A stretch of 64,000 bases of DNA from Chlorokybus atmophyticus. Lineage: Eukaryota > Plantae > Mesostigma and Chlorokybus algae. Below, piece after piece: positions 62,668 to 64,000 of the stretch. The stretch covers positions 1,920,616 to 1,984,615 of the forward strand of contig RHPI01002533.1 of the NCBI GenBank assembly GCA_009103225.1, in the 5' to 3' direction. The notes below the pieces were generated by a model. That model was not told the origin of the DNA and searched no databases. It saw only the letters and a program-made list of their open reading frames with translations. Each line of letters opens with the position of its first letter. The first letter of the stretch is position 1. The translations under genes and the position numbers were made by a program.

Positions 62668-64000
62668 AAGGCTGGAGTGTGTTTGGTGTTTGTCAATCAA
62701 GGTGTTGAGGTATTGGTTGGGGACATACGTTGTAGCTGCAGATGGTACCCATTCATATTGTATTCGTGGGGATGGCTCTGGCAGACCCTGCGCACGCATC
62801 TGCGGCTCCTCTCATGCGTAAATGCATGAGATGTATGCATGCACAAGTGCTTTGAGCGCCTGCAATCAGTTGTAGTCTTTTGCCGCGGTCCGTTTGTAGC
62901 GACGTACTGTTGGGTTGCGGACTGGACCGCGTGCAATCCGACACAGTGGTGCAAAAGCTAGCAGCAGTAGGGTGCGACAGACTATGGATGACTTCACGCA
63001 CAGAACTTGTCAACCAATCAGATCCAAGAACATGTGGCAAATGTCGCACAGCCTATTTCCTGTTCACGCATAGTGGTTGCAACACACGCACAAATGTTAC
63101 ATGGCTTCTCGTCTATGCACTGTAACCTAGATTCATTGCAAAGTTCACAAACCAGGAGCTGTGAGCTCTGTATTGCAAAGAGCTGAGGTGTTGCTGAGGT
63201 GTTCCTACAAAAGGCGTCATACTACTTTGCCTTGCGAGAGCCTGTCTGGCTTAATCAGCGGATGGCAACCGCGTAGACACTTTGAAGGCGCTCGCCAGGC
63301 CGACAAAATTGGTCCTGGCCTGGCCTGGCCTGCAAGTTGTGCGTTGGCGCCAGTTTTCATTTGGATCCGGGTCGCGAGTTACTCCGGACCTATCCGCCGC
63401 GTCTAGTTCGTGCGCTCGAGCCAGATCAGACCAGCTGACGCTAGGCGCGCCGCCGATATCGACGCTCAAACGGCTCCCTTCAACACCACCTCGATTGGAA
63501 CGGAATGCGAATAACGACCAAATATCCCGAGCATCCTCGACATTCTTTAAAGCCTCTCCCTCCATTCTTTCGTTTTTCTAAACTGATTTGTTCGCATCAT
63601 GCGTTTTGAGTGCCTATGTTTTCTGGAATTGCGGATAATCAGTCTCGCGCGGTTGTCTTAAGTTTGTTGGGAGGCAGCGTGGATATCGCCGCGAGGGGAT
63701 GAGGACGGGGCACGGGCAGACCCTGTCAGCTAAGGCATGGGTAGAGTGGCCGGCGGAGCAGGTGGCGGTGGTGGTGTGGGTGGCGGCGGTGGTGGCGGTG
63801 GCAGAGGGGCCGGGGAGCTGGTGGGCGAGAAGCAGGAAGAGTGTGAGAGGTAGCAGGTGATTGCTTGTAAGAGGCGGGGTGGTGGAGTCGTCGGCATGGG
63901 TGCCGGAAGGGGCGCTGCTGGAGGCTTGCTGGGGCGGCGGCCGCTCTTGGCTTGGGCGTGACGCGGGCGGGCGAGCGGGCGGGCGGACGGGCGGGTGTTT

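Noticed and set aside
63251-64000. Minus-strand 104-aa ORF and GC-rich terminal tract
   Set aside because: No recognisable family; it may be the start of a gene or repeat extending beyond the window.

Overview
Eukaryotic nuclear DNA, most likely from a green-lineage alga (inference from short GT/GC-AG introns rich in CA/TG repeats, a plant-type CHI-fold protein, a plant DEAH4-like helicase and TTAGGG-type motifs). Host genes lie at both ends. Left: the 3' part of a frameshifted DEAH helicase, a helical-N-terminus + ARM-repeat gene, and a chalcone-isomerase-fold fatty-acid-binding protein. Right: oligoribonuclease and CWC25. Between ~17 and ~56 kb is a transposon nest that can be resolved from target-site duplications (TSDs): a Copia element is interrupted by a solo-LTR-like insert and by a PHD-bearing Ty3/Gypsy element (23363-50436, TSD AAAG). 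That Gypsy is in turn split by a 23,531-bp CACTA/EnSpm-superfamily DNA transposon (23922-47452; CACCGGTAATT TIRs, 3-bp TSD ACG; removing it restores the Gypsy integrase frame). This giant CACTA is the main result. It carries a TnpD transposase whose predicted splice phases fuse it to PHD/Cys-His zinc fingers and a Ulp1 SUMO protease, a separate TnpA-like gene, an OTU deubiquitinase fused to a retrotransposon Gag-like domain, a Tudor domain fused to the C-terminal half of a phage-type C5 DNA methyltransferase, two small orphan genes, and about 25 copies of one 9-bp motif, TAA(G/C)(A/C)CCTC, packed into non-coding tandem arrays. The combination resembles a self-contained chromatin/anti-silencing kit; that function is inference. 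This copy is decayed by nonsense mutations and frameshifts. All exon models and domain calls were made by eye, without database searches.
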